Assembly (NCBI GenBank): GCA_021650915.1
Contig: CP091279.1
Coordinates: 2,070,001 to 2,102,000 of the forward strand
Direction: 5' to 3'
Length of the DNA stretch: 32,000 bases
Source: Candidatus Brocadia sp.
GTDB lineage: Bacteria > Planctomycetota > Brocadiia > Brocadiales > Brocadiaceae
Below the pieces are notes generated by a model. That model worked only from the letters and a program-made list of their open reading frames with translations, had not been told where the DNA came from and made no database searches. The position numbers and the translations under genes are program-made. Below are positions 23,703 through 31,850 of this stretch, piece by piece (positions within the stretch are counted from its first letter, which is position 1; every line of letters starts with the position of its first letter).

Positions 23703-25448
23703 TTAGGGTTTATTCAGCAGCGTTGAAGTCCCGTTGCTGAGCGTTAGCGAATCTTCCTCCTGGCGTATGTCCCTGTCTGATTTTACGATCCATCGTATCT
23801 CAAAACTTATGCAGTCCCCCTGGCCATCTTTGTTCTCCACCTGGCGAGACGAACCGGGCACTATTTCCACATTTTTGAATGCAGCAACTTTTTGGTCAAA
23901 AAGAGTTAAATTTTGAATAGGTTTTAGGACGTGTTCTTCTATAAATCGCATACCTGGCTCCAGGCTTTCTCCTTTGATTCCCATGAGAAGAAGTTTTTTT
24001 GTGGCATCGGGTTTTGTAGGTGTAGTTGCTTTTTTCGGCTGTGCCTCTCCTGGCAGTGTTTGTCCTGATAAGACTACGGCGTCTTCGTCTATCCAGAAAG
24101 ACTGGATGTCACCGAGCGATACGTTGTTCGGTATTAAAGAGAGTAATTTATCCAATACTTCCGGCCAAATAAACCGGGAAGAATCTATGGAGGAGATAAG
24201 GCCAAGCTCAGCCTTGCTTGTTTGCGCAAGAGCTTCAGCATGTTTGTAATTTCCTTCGAGTTCTTTTATGTTTTGTAACACTTTTTGATAATGAGCTTCC
24301 GAATTTTGAAGATGAATAGTTCCGGTATATAATCCGGAGTATTGAAACATGAACGACAGGGCAAGACATCCGAGAGAGGCAAGGGCATAGGGTTTTTTCT
24401 TTGCAATCTCCGCGATCCTGATCAGTTCCTGCGGCAACAAGTTAATTTTTATTCTGCCTAATCCTATCCCCTGAAGCGCTAGTCCAAATGCAGGTGCAAA
24501 ATGGAGGATATTCTCGTTGAAAAAGGCAGAATCTACATCACCCGACAATTTTAAATTGTGTAAGGCCTTAAAGATTTTTACCTCACAGGCAAAAGCATCG
24601 GTAATACATTTTACGTTATCTAATTCTTTAAATTTGCTTCCCATCAGCAAGATTGTCTGAAAGTGAGCCGCTTCTTTCAGTAAAGACTTGTAGTATTCCA
24701 TAGATCTCTGGATTTCCTTCACAAGGTCGGCATCTACCTGAGAAGCAGGGATGCTCCTCAGCCAGAAATGTTGGCCATCAATGATAATGAGATCTGTGTT
24801 ATCTGTTTCTGAGTTTATAATAACCGTTAAGCCGATGATTTGCTGATCAAAGCAAACAAGATTGTAAATAGCCAAAGGGGCGGCCTGTATTGCATATAGT
24901 TTAGACTCAAGAGGTGAGATATTGACTAACAACTGTTCAAGGGTAGCTCGCTTAGAGGCAAACAGACCAATCTCTATACTGTTTAGGTTAGTAGTCTTTT
25001 CTGTTAATTGTTGGTAATCCCAAACAATGTCCTTGAGGTCAAAGGGAATTTGCTGCCTTGCCTCATAACTTACGATACCTTTCACCTGTTTTTTCTCTAC
25101 TGGAGGTATGCTAATGAACCTTGATAATACGGACTGCCCGGGGACAGATACGACTACCTTGTCGTCTTTATGGATGCAGTATCTGGTAAAAAAAGTTTGG
25201 ACGGCCTCCTTGATATGAGTGGATTGTGAAATATTTGTCTCGGTTTTAAGCTGTGGAATTTCAATAATACTGATGTTGTCAATCAATAATTCATTGGACA
25301 CCTGGATAATTTTTACTACCCTTATAAAGCATTCGTTTATATCAAGTCCCCAGGCAGATTTAGTCCCGGATTGTTTAAATATCCTGGAAAGCTTATGGGT
25401 CTTAAAGTTTATAATTTTAGGCGTAACCTTAAAATAGTTTAATTTCAT
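23703..25448 (-). CDS. pilM: type IV pilus assembly PilM-PilN fusion protein
   Basis: The N-terminal actin-like PilM pattern is WGLDINECFIRVVKI...VVVSVPGQSVLSRFISIPP...YEARQQIPFDLKDIVWDYQ. The PilN hallmark INLLPQE (aa 335-341, DNA about 24426-24446) is followed by a TM helix (ALASLGCLALSFMFQY) and a periplasmic domain. Confidence 0.8.
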   Translation of the reverse strand: MKLNYFKVTPKIINFKTHKLSRIFKQSGTKSAWGLDINECFIRVVKIIQVSNELLIDNISIIEIPQLKTETNISQSTHIKEAVQTFFTRYCIHKDDKVVVSVPGQSVLSRFISIPPVEKKQVKGIVSYEARQQIPFDLKDIVWDYQQLTEKTTNLNSIEIGLFASKRATLEQLLVNISPLESKLYAIQAAPLAIYNLVCFDQQIIGLTVIINSETDNTDLIIIDGQHFWLRSIPASQVDADLVKEIQRSMEYYKSLLKEAAHFQTILLMGSKFKELDNVKCITDAFACEVKIFKALHNLKLSGDVDSAFFNENILHFAPAFGLALQGIGLGRIKINLLPQELIRIAEIAKKKPYALASLGCLALSFMFQYSGLYTGTIHLQNSEAHYQKVLQNIKELEGNYKHAEALAQTSKAELGLISSIDSSRFIWPEVLDKLLSLIPNNVSLGDIQSFWIDEDAVVLSGQTLPGEAQPKKATTPTKPDATKKLLLMGIKGESLEPGMRFIEEHVLKPIQNLTLFDQKVAAFKNVEIVPGSSRQVENKDGQGDCISFEIRWIVKSDRDIRQEEDSLTLSNGTSTLLNKP

Positions 25449-25833
25449 TTGTATGTTCTCTTGGGTCTACTATTTTTTCTTCAGAGAATTATTTTATGAA
25501 TTACTAACCTAAACGAGCTGGCGGAGTATTAACAGTTTGGCAGTGTTAACATTTTTTCGAAAACCGAGAAATGTCTCTATTAAGGCATGAGATTGCACAA
25601 ATCAGATACCAAAACAATAAAGTACCTTAATCTAAACGCTAAGTATCCTAAACGATTCAAACTATTCGCTTTTTGATCGAATTATTTTAGTTATTAATTC
25701 ATCTGAATCATCATGAAGATGTTTAATTTTTATTCATCCTCGCTAAAATGAACAAAAACATTCAGTAAATAAACATTACGTTCATCTTATTTCTTCCTTT
25801 AAGATTTTTCGGGCATCTGAGATCTTTTGGTGT

Positions 25834-26775
25834 TTATCCTTTATTCTTTTGATCCAAAAAACATTGGAGGACTTGTCCGGAAAGACTAGCAGCGTCTTTG
25901 TCCCTCCCGGCATGAATCCAGTGGATACCGGAAAAACTTCTGAACCATGTCATCTGCCTTTTTGCAAATCGCCGCGTCCTCTGTTTAATTTCACGAGAAA
26001 CTTCTGAAAAGGTGTACTTTCCCAGAAAATAATCAACAATTTCTTTGTAACCAAGCGCCTGAGAGGCCTGTCTGCTTAACCCCCGGGGATTACTTACCAA
26101 TCCCCTGACTTCATCAACCAAGCCGCGGTCAAACATACGATCTACCCGTGTTTCTATCCGGTTATATAAGGCATCACGATCATAATCAATTGCCACAAGC
26201 ATGCAATCGTATTTCGGATTCTTGTGGCCAAATTGCGTTTGAAACGATGATATCCGCCGATTGGTTGTCTTAAAAACCTCGAGTGCCCTGATGATCCTCT
26301 TCTGATCGTTAAAATGCAGCTTCCCGGCAGCTTCAGGATCTATTTCACCAAGCAGGGTATGCAAATAATGCGGACCTTTTTCCCTGGCAAGGGTCTTTAA
26401 GGAATTGCGATATTCCCAATCTGCCGGAGGACCTTCAAACAAGCCATCCACAAGAGCTTTTAAATAGAGAGCCGTTCCGCCAATAACGATGAATTGTTTG
26501 CCTTGCCGACAGAGACTTTGAGCAACAGCATCGAAATCTTTCACATACTGCCCGACGCTGTATTCTTCCCAGGGATCAGCGATATCAATCAAGTGGTGCG
26601 GAATTTTATTTCTTCTGTCAAGAGAAGGTTTCTCGGTACCAATATCCATACCGCGATAGACAAGCATCGAATCAGCCGAGATGATCTCCATACCGGTATT
26701 CTCGGTGATTTCCAGGCCAATCTCTGTCTTTCCGCTTGCCGTAGGGCCTGTAAGTATCCAAAGGGGTATTGGCAT
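25834..26775 (-). CDS. miaA: tRNA dimethylallyltransferase
   Basis: The P-loop LTGPTASGKTEIGLEI directly follows the ATG at 26775. The track's 26841 start adds 22 non-conserved residues. Also has SADSMLVYRGMDIGTEKP and GGTALYLKAL. Confidence 0.93.
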   Translation of the reverse strand: MPIPLWILTGPTASGKTEIGLEITENTGMEIISADSMLVYRGMDIGTEKPSLDRRNKIPHHLIDIADPWEEYSVGQYVKDFDAVAQSLCRQGKQFIVIGGTALYLKALVDGLFEGPPADWEYRNSLKTLAREKGPHYLHTLLGEIDPEAAGKLHFNDQKRIIRALEVFKTTNRRISSFQTQFGHKNPKYDCMLVAIDYDRDALYNRIETRVDRMFDRGLVDEVRGLVSNPRGLSRQASQALGYKEIVDYFLGKYTFSEVSREIKQRTRRFAKRQMTWFRSFSGIHWIHAGRDKDAASLSGQVLQCFLDQKNKG

Positions 26776-26901
26776 GAGAAGGTATGCTTTGAGAAGAACG
26801 GTTATCTGTTTGTGTATATGCCCGAGATGTACAAAAATCAACAGGCTTGATTATACAATAGAATTTGAAATAAGCAAAATAAACGCATCTTGCAGAAGGA
26901 G

Positions 26902-29457
26902 TTATTTGAGAACCTTCGGCAAAAAAGCAGAACTTGTTATCCCGCGTTCATCAATGCTGAGTGTTATTGCCCCTTCCAGATGTGTTTGCAAAACCCGGAC
27001 ACCGTGTTTTTTCAGGATATTGAGCGTCTCAACGGCAACACTGTCGTGATTTGAGTTTATGAAGGCATATTTCGGCTGTACGACGCAGATAAACATCTCC
27101 AGGTCGCGGATGGACGAACCATGATGCGGGACTTGAATAATATCAGACTTGATTTCTGAGGCCTTCGACAAGAGCAACCCAATTCCCTGCTCTTTGATGT
27201 CGGCACAGAAAAGGACTGAATATCCAAGGTATTCAATTTTCAAGACACAGGAATTGTCATTTATTTCGGTAACGGCAGAAGCAAACGGCAGAGGATTGAA
27301 TATCTTTATCGTGGCAGGTTCAAATCCTTTTAATACCTCCCCATCAGAAAGTGAAGCAGCGCAAATACGATCTCTTTTCAGGGACGAAAGTATTTTTTGA
27401 CCCTTCCGTGATGCAAACGAATGACGTGATGAAAAGACGGATTTTATCTGAAATCTCTCGATGAGAGATGACAAACCATTTACATGGTCTTCGTGTTCGT
27501 GCGACAAAATTACCAGATCGATCTTCTTAACATGCTGACTCCATAAAAAGGGCGCGATGATGTATCTACCCACATCATAATTTTGCCATGAGCCAGCATC
27601 ATACAGGATATTTTTCCCGTTAGGAAATTGTATAAAGATAGCACACCCATGTCCCACATCCAAACAGGTGATGGTTAAAGTACGGCTTGAAAATTTTCGT
27701 AAACCTGGCAAAATCAGAACGTGAGCGCTCAACAAGCAAAATAGTATTATTTGAACACAACTAATGGGTACATACTTCCGATAGAGAAGGAGTATGGCGA
27801 GCAGGTAATACACCGCCATTTCCGTTGGTGAAGGCCCGCAGACATAGAAATAAGAACACGGTAAAGATACAAGATTTGAGACGAGAAATTCCAACACAAG
27901 ATTTGTATTGGATGCCAGCCAGGCAGAAACACTGGCTAAAGGGAGGCATACCGTTCCAAGCGTTAACAAGACAATACCACAAATGATAATAATCCAAAAC
28001 AGGGGGAATACAAGGATGTTTATCACAGCAACAAAGGGGGTAAAGAGATGAAAATAATAGGCCGTGACAGGCAAGGTCGCCAGCCACGCAGCCAGAGAAA
28101 TACAGAAGGATTTACGCAGATATTTTTTCAGGAAAAACAACCGCCCCCTTTCCGCCTTTACTTGCAATTTTTCAACAACGAGGACTCTTTTAAACAAAGC
28201 TTCCTCTATCCTGACCGATCCATAGACAATTCCCACCGTCGCCAGCACGGATAATTGAAATCCGATATTAAACAGATCGGTCGGGTTTCTGACAAGGATA
28301 ACGAAAATAGCGGTGAAGATGCCGCTTGTAATATCCCATTGCCTGTGCACCAAAAAACTGCCGAAGAAAACAGTAGCCATGATGCTTGCACGTAGCACCG
28401 GAGGGTTAAGTCCTGTCAAAAAGGCATAGAAAATGACCGTACCTAAGATAATCATCGTTGCCAGAGTTTGATTGAATCCCAGGAAACGCAGGGGAACAGC
28501 TACCGTAAGGACCACGATTCCCACATTAAAACCGCTGACGGCAATAAAATGAATAATACCCGTTTTCATGAAATTGTCTATCACCTCACCTGAAAGGTCG
28601 GCCCTGTTGCCTAACAACATACTGCTGATCAAGGGGGCGCTGTTGCTAAAAGTATGCGTATAAATGGCGTTGTTTAATCTGTTGTATACGGCATATATGA
28701 AGCGGTATATTCCGTTACCGCAATCCCGCTCTTCCACTTTTATATTCTCCGTGCTTGTGATGGTCATGAAACCACGCACCGATGGCATTTGCCTTTGCAG
28801 ATAACTTTTATAGTCAAATTCGCACGGATTGCTAGGAGATTTTGGCAGGAATGCATAACCAAAAAGCACTAACCTTTGTCCGTACTTTAATTTTTTTAAG
28901 ACAGAAACATTATGCCCCCCTTCAATAATTTCCTCTTTTGACGGATACAAATTTACTTTCATAATTCCTGATATCTCTTTCCATCCCGATGCAGCCTCTA
29001 TCGCTTCCACGCGGATAGTAAAGGGTACCTTGTAACCGGATCTTTTTGGAATTCGTTCTGATTTCATCAGATGTACATGCTTGTTCAGAATATTTTCATC
29101 CCATAGAATGGGCGGATTTATGATGGTTCCTGCTATACGATGAAGCGATTTGTGAGTGGAGAGGACATGTTCAAGATGATTTGCGGGAAGAAGCGCTGTC
29201 CTCGAATCGTAATATGCGATCGATGTGACTATAAAAAAGAGTCCCAGGCAGGGAAAAACGTATTTGTTGAATTTACGAACGGCAAAGGTTGTCAGACAGC
29301 ACATCCATGCTATAAAGCCGATACCAATGGTGAAATATAAGGGTATCTCCGTGCACGACCCTATAGCAATGCCGCCGATGAGTATAAAGGTAATAAGAAC
29401 AATAGGCCGTCGCATACTGTACGTATTTGTAACACTCATAACCATTCCTGACACCAC
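26902..29457 (-). CDS. comEC: DNA internalization competence protein ComEC/Rec2 (with C-terminal MBL domain)
   Basis: 851 aa and polytopic. The competence domain shows LLGNRADLSGEVIDNFMKTGIIHFIAVSGFNVGIV. The C-terminal MBL domain shows LDVGHGCAIFIQ and LSHEHEDHVNGL. Confidence 0.92.
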   Translation of the reverse strand: MVSGMVMSVTNTYSMRRPIVLITFILIGGIAIGSCTEIPLYFTIGIGFIAWMCCLTTFAVRKFNKYVFPCLGLFFIVTSIAYYDSRTALLPANHLEHVLSTHKSLHRIAGTIINPPILWDENILNKHVHLMKSERIPKRSGYKVPFTIRVEAIEAASGWKEISGIMKVNLYPSKEEIIEGGHNVSVLKKLKYGQRLVLFGYAFLPKSPSNPCEFDYKSYLQRQMPSVRGFMTITSTENIKVEERDCGNGIYRFIYAVYNRLNNAIYTHTFSNSAPLISSMLLGNRADLSGEVIDNFMKTGIIHFIAVSGFNVGIVVLTVAVPLRFLGFNQTLATMIILGTVIFYAFLTGLNPPVLRASIMATVFFGSFLVHRQWDITSGIFTAIFVILVRNPTDLFNIGFQLSVLATVGIVYGSVRIEEALFKRVLVVEKLQVKAERGRLFFLKKYLRKSFCISLAAWLATLPVTAYYFHLFTPFVAVINILVFPLFWIIIICGIVLLTLGTVCLPLASVSAWLASNTNLVLEFLVSNLVSLPCSYFYVCGPSPTEMAVYYLLAILLLYRKYVPISCVQIILFCLLSAHVLILPGLRKFSSRTLTITCLDVGHGCAIFIQFPNGKNILYDAGSWQNYDVGRYIIAPFLWSQHVKKIDLVILSHEHEDHVNGLSSLIERFQIKSVFSSRHSFASRKGQKILSSLKRDRICAASLSDGEVLKGFEPATIKIFNPLPFASAVTEINDNSCVLKIEYLGYSVLFCADIKEQGIGLLLSKASEIKSDIIQVPHHGSSIRDLEMFICVVQPKYAFINSNHDSVAVETLNILKKHGVRVLQTHLEGAITLSIDERGITSSAFLPKVLK

Positions 29458-29623
29458 AAACTGCTGAAAATGCTCCTGAAGACAAAAAAATGAGATCGAA
29501 ACTCTATCCCAAAAGAAACTTTCATAGATCAGCGAACTGTGTTCCAGTCATTCTTGATTGGAGGCATTGCGTTTTTCAAACCACGGCAACCTCTTCTGCA
29601 CGCGTCAACTTTCAACGCTGATA

Positions 29624-29652
29624 TTGTAATATTTCATGAGAAGTATTATAAT
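29624..29652 (+). promoter_or_regulatory. possible sigma70 promoter (TTGTAA-17 nt-TATAAT) upstream of coaB
   Basis: TTGTAA at 29624-29629, a 17-nt spacer, then TATAAT at 29647-29652. It lies about 170 nt upstream of the 29827 start. Confidence 0.35.
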
Positions 29653-29724
29653 TTCTCCAACCTTAACAATTGTAGCCAGGTAGTTTTTTGAAAAATTTCA
29701 ATAAAAACGCCCATTCCCTGCTGC

Positions 29725-29753
29725 GGAGAGACAGGTTTCAGACCTGTCCTTCC
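29725..29753. repeat. short GC-rich hairpin in the comEC/coaB divergent intergenic region
   Basis: GGAGAGACAGGT, then the loop TTCAG, then ACCTGTCCTTCC. This gives 12 stem positions, with one A-C mismatch and one G-U pair. Confidence 0.7.
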
Positions 29754-29826
29754 CATAAAATGCTATCCATAGGGGGATTTTCAAAAACTATCCTGCATCA
29801 TTGAATTAAGTGAAAGGTCAAAAGAG

Positions 29827-30504
29827 ATGGGAAGTCTGGAAGGACTGCGTGTCTTGATAACCGCGGGACCAAGCCGGGGTTATATAGATGCAGTAAGGTA
29901 TGTCAGCAACACCTCCACAGGTCAGCTCGGTGCGGCTATTGCAAACGAACTCTTGCGATGCGGAGCCTTTGTAACGTTCGTTTACGGAACCGGCAGCGCT
30001 ATCCCTGATATTGCCTTATCGGATAACGTTTGCACTGGCCGATTGACCCTGATCGAGATAGAAACGGTTCATGATTTGTTAACGGTACTTCACGAAAAGC
30101 TCAGGGATAAACCATGCGATGCAATTGTGCATGCCATGGCAGTGCTTGATTACACGCCGGAAACGTCCCGGAGCGATAAAATACGTTCCGATGCGGACAA
30201 GATGGTAGTCACTTTTGTAAAAACCCCTAAAGTTATAAAATTCATACGAAAGTTGTGGCCTCATGCCTTTTTAATAGGGTTTAAGTTAGAGGTGGGTCTA
30301 TCACAAGAAGCGCTTGTTGAGAGGGCATATACCTCTCTGCAGGAAAATGGAGCGGACTTGGTGGTTGCCAATAATCAGGATGAGGTTGCACGGGACAAAC
30401 ACCAGGCCTATCTGGTAAATACACAGAAGCAAATTGTATCTTATTGTAAAACCAAACAAGACATCGCAAAAGCCCTCGTAACGGCAATCTCCAACTACTT
30501 GTAG
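29827..30504 (+). CDS. coaB: phosphopantothenate-cysteine ligase domain protein (stand-alone CoaB / DFP C-terminal domain)
   Basis: RVLITAGPSRGYIDAVRYVSNTSTGQLGAAIANELLRCGAFVTFVYG matches the CoaB N-terminal nucleotide-binding pattern. At 225 aa there is no CoaC flavoprotein domain. Confidence 0.78.
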   Translation: MGSLEGLRVLITAGPSRGYIDAVRYVSNTSTGQLGAAIANELLRCGAFVTFVYGTGSAIPDIALSDNVCTGRLTLIEIETVHDLLTVLHEKLRDKPCDAIVHAMAVLDYTPETSRSDKIRSDADKMVVTFVKTPKVIKFIRKLWPHAFLIGFKLEVGLSQEALVERAYTSLQENGADLVVANNQDEVARDKHQAYLVNTQKQIVSYCKTKQDIAKALVTAISNYL

Positions 30505-30675
30505 CCAGGAAAAGGCGCTTTCCCGATAGACGCTAGCACGGACAGCTCTGCCCAACGAAAAACATCCTTCCGGATTGAGGATGGATTACGAGGTACTGCA
30601 AGGGGGCCAGGCCGCTATAATCCTTATCGAACAGATGGTTTTAAAGAAATCGTAACACTTTAGTTCTTTGAAAAA

Positions 30676-31758
30676 TTAACAAGCGATTTTGCAAGCAAAC
30701 CCAGAAGTCGTTTTCACCATAAGGGCATTTTTTGCGCTTGCCAGAAGATTTTCCACTGGATTGATTCTTTGTAATTCAGCAGAACGAAGCAGAGACATGA
30801 GGATGGCCTGTGTCTTAGCGCCATCCTCAGAGCGGTTCTGCTGTGAGACCTTTCTGGTCAATACTGGCTTTCGCATCTGTTGCTCAGCATGGTTATTATA
30901 GGGACTGACATCCTCATGTTCCAGGAACGTAAAGAGTTCCTTCGTCTGGCCATGATACCGATAGGTATTGCCCCGTTTTGCACTGCCTTTGGTTTTTCCT
31001 ACACGGAGCCAATTAGCTGCCTGATAGCAAGTGCCTTGAAATCGCGCGGTATCAACAAAGGTCTCCGCCAAATACACGGGATGTCCGTAGACAGCTTCCC
31101 AGTCATTTGACAAACGCTTGAGGGCAAGGGATAATACCTTGGATGCAAGGTGTTTGACCGTAACCCAGGGGGGAATGAGGAATCGCACGTTACTGGCAAT
31201 TAAATGCAAGCGGGTACGTTTGGTGGTCTCATCCCATCCGATGAAACGGTCACGGTCTTTGACCTTCCATGCTGCGCTTGCCCATCCAAGACAGGCAACG
31301 ACCTGATTGCCGATATGTACGATGTGCCTGATGTGTTCGCCAACAAGCCGGGGACATCCGAGGTAGTGATAGTGATAGAGGAGATAACCCCAGAGGTAAC
31401 TCTCTTGAGGGTCTTTTACCACCTGGATCGTCGGGATTTCATACCCGGTGATAGTGCCTCCCAGTGTGCTTTTGACAAAAAGGGGTATCTGATCAAATAT
31501 CTTAGGTTTCAGATTGTTTTTTGGTCGTATGCGGCCTGGAAGCGCTACCAGGCCCTGTTCTTCCAATCGCAGAAGGAGGTCTCGTGCCGCGTATTCTTTC
31601 AGCTTGCCATTGGGCTGCACCCAGTTCCAACTTTTGCAAAGTTCACGGGAAATATAACTCCGCCCTTTGAGAAAATAACTATCAATGAGCGCCTTGATAA
31701 AGGCTATATCGTCTGTATGCAGTTTCCGTGAACGGTATTGGAATAGTATAGGCTTCAT
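30676..31758 (-). CDS. chimeric ORF: DUF4338 (DruA-like) domain fused in frame to the C-terminal tail of an IS66-family transposase
   Basis: Residues 1 to about 274 follow the DUF4338 pattern as I recall it (YHYLG...GEHIRHIV...LGWASAAWKVKDRDRFIGW...VYLAETFVD..RFQGTCYQAANW). Residues ~275-360 (LFTFLEHEDVSPYNNHAEQQMRKPVLTRKVSQQNRSEDGAKTQAILMSLLRSAELQRINPVENLL) match the conserved IS66 Tnp C-terminus (NNxAE...RK.S...G). The junction is near 30936. Confidence 0.72.
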   Translation of the reverse strand: MKPILFQYRSRKLHTDDIAFIKALIDSYFLKGRSYISRELCKSWNWVQPNGKLKEYAARDLLLRLEEQGLVALPGRIRPKNNLKPKIFDQIPLFVKSTLGGTITGYEIPTIQVVKDPQESYLWGYLLYHYHYLGCPRLVGEHIRHIVHIGNQVVACLGWASAAWKVKDRDRFIGWDETTKRTRLHLIASNVRFLIPPWVTVKHLASKVLSLALKRLSNDWEAVYGHPVYLAETFVDTARFQGTCYQAANWLRVGKTKGSAKRGNTYRYHGQTKELFTFLEHEDVSPYNNHAEQQMRKPVLTRKVSQQNRSEDGAKTQAILMSLLRSAELQRINPVENLLASAKNALMVKTTSGFACKIAC

Positions 31759-31850
31759 AAGCAGGTTCCTTTTCTCTGAAGCCTTTTATACCACAAAGGG
31801 AAAACTGACGCCAGCTTTTTTTGTATCTTATTAATCGTCTCATAATAATA

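Noticed and set aside
25535-25560. TGGCAG-N5-ACAT as a sigma54 (-24/-12) promoter in the miaA-pilM gap
   Set aside because: The -12 element does not match TTGC. The motif is also on the plus strand and so points away from the pil genes. On the minus strand the best GG...GC pair (around 25590-25610) has the wrong spacing.
25632-25654. Direct repeat CTAAACG-N9-CTAAACG upstream of the pil cluster as an operator
   Set aside because: It is only a 7-mer repeated once in a 385-nt AT-rich region, which is easily chance. It is worth revisiting only if conserved upstream of orthologous clusters.
26776-26841. Upstream extension of miaA to 26841
   Set aside because: The extension (MIFVHLGHIHKQITVLLKAYLL) precedes the universally N-terminal P-loop and has no counterpart in MiaA as I know it. 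The ATG at 26775 is the more likely start.
30676-31758. DruA-like (DUF4338) ORF as evidence for a Druantia anti-phage system
   Set aside because: Druantia needs DruB-E, or at least the large DruE helicase, next to DruA, and none is present within 10 kb. The ORF is fused to an IS66 tail and sits among mobile debris, so it is better read as a mobile-element-associated DUF4338 copy.
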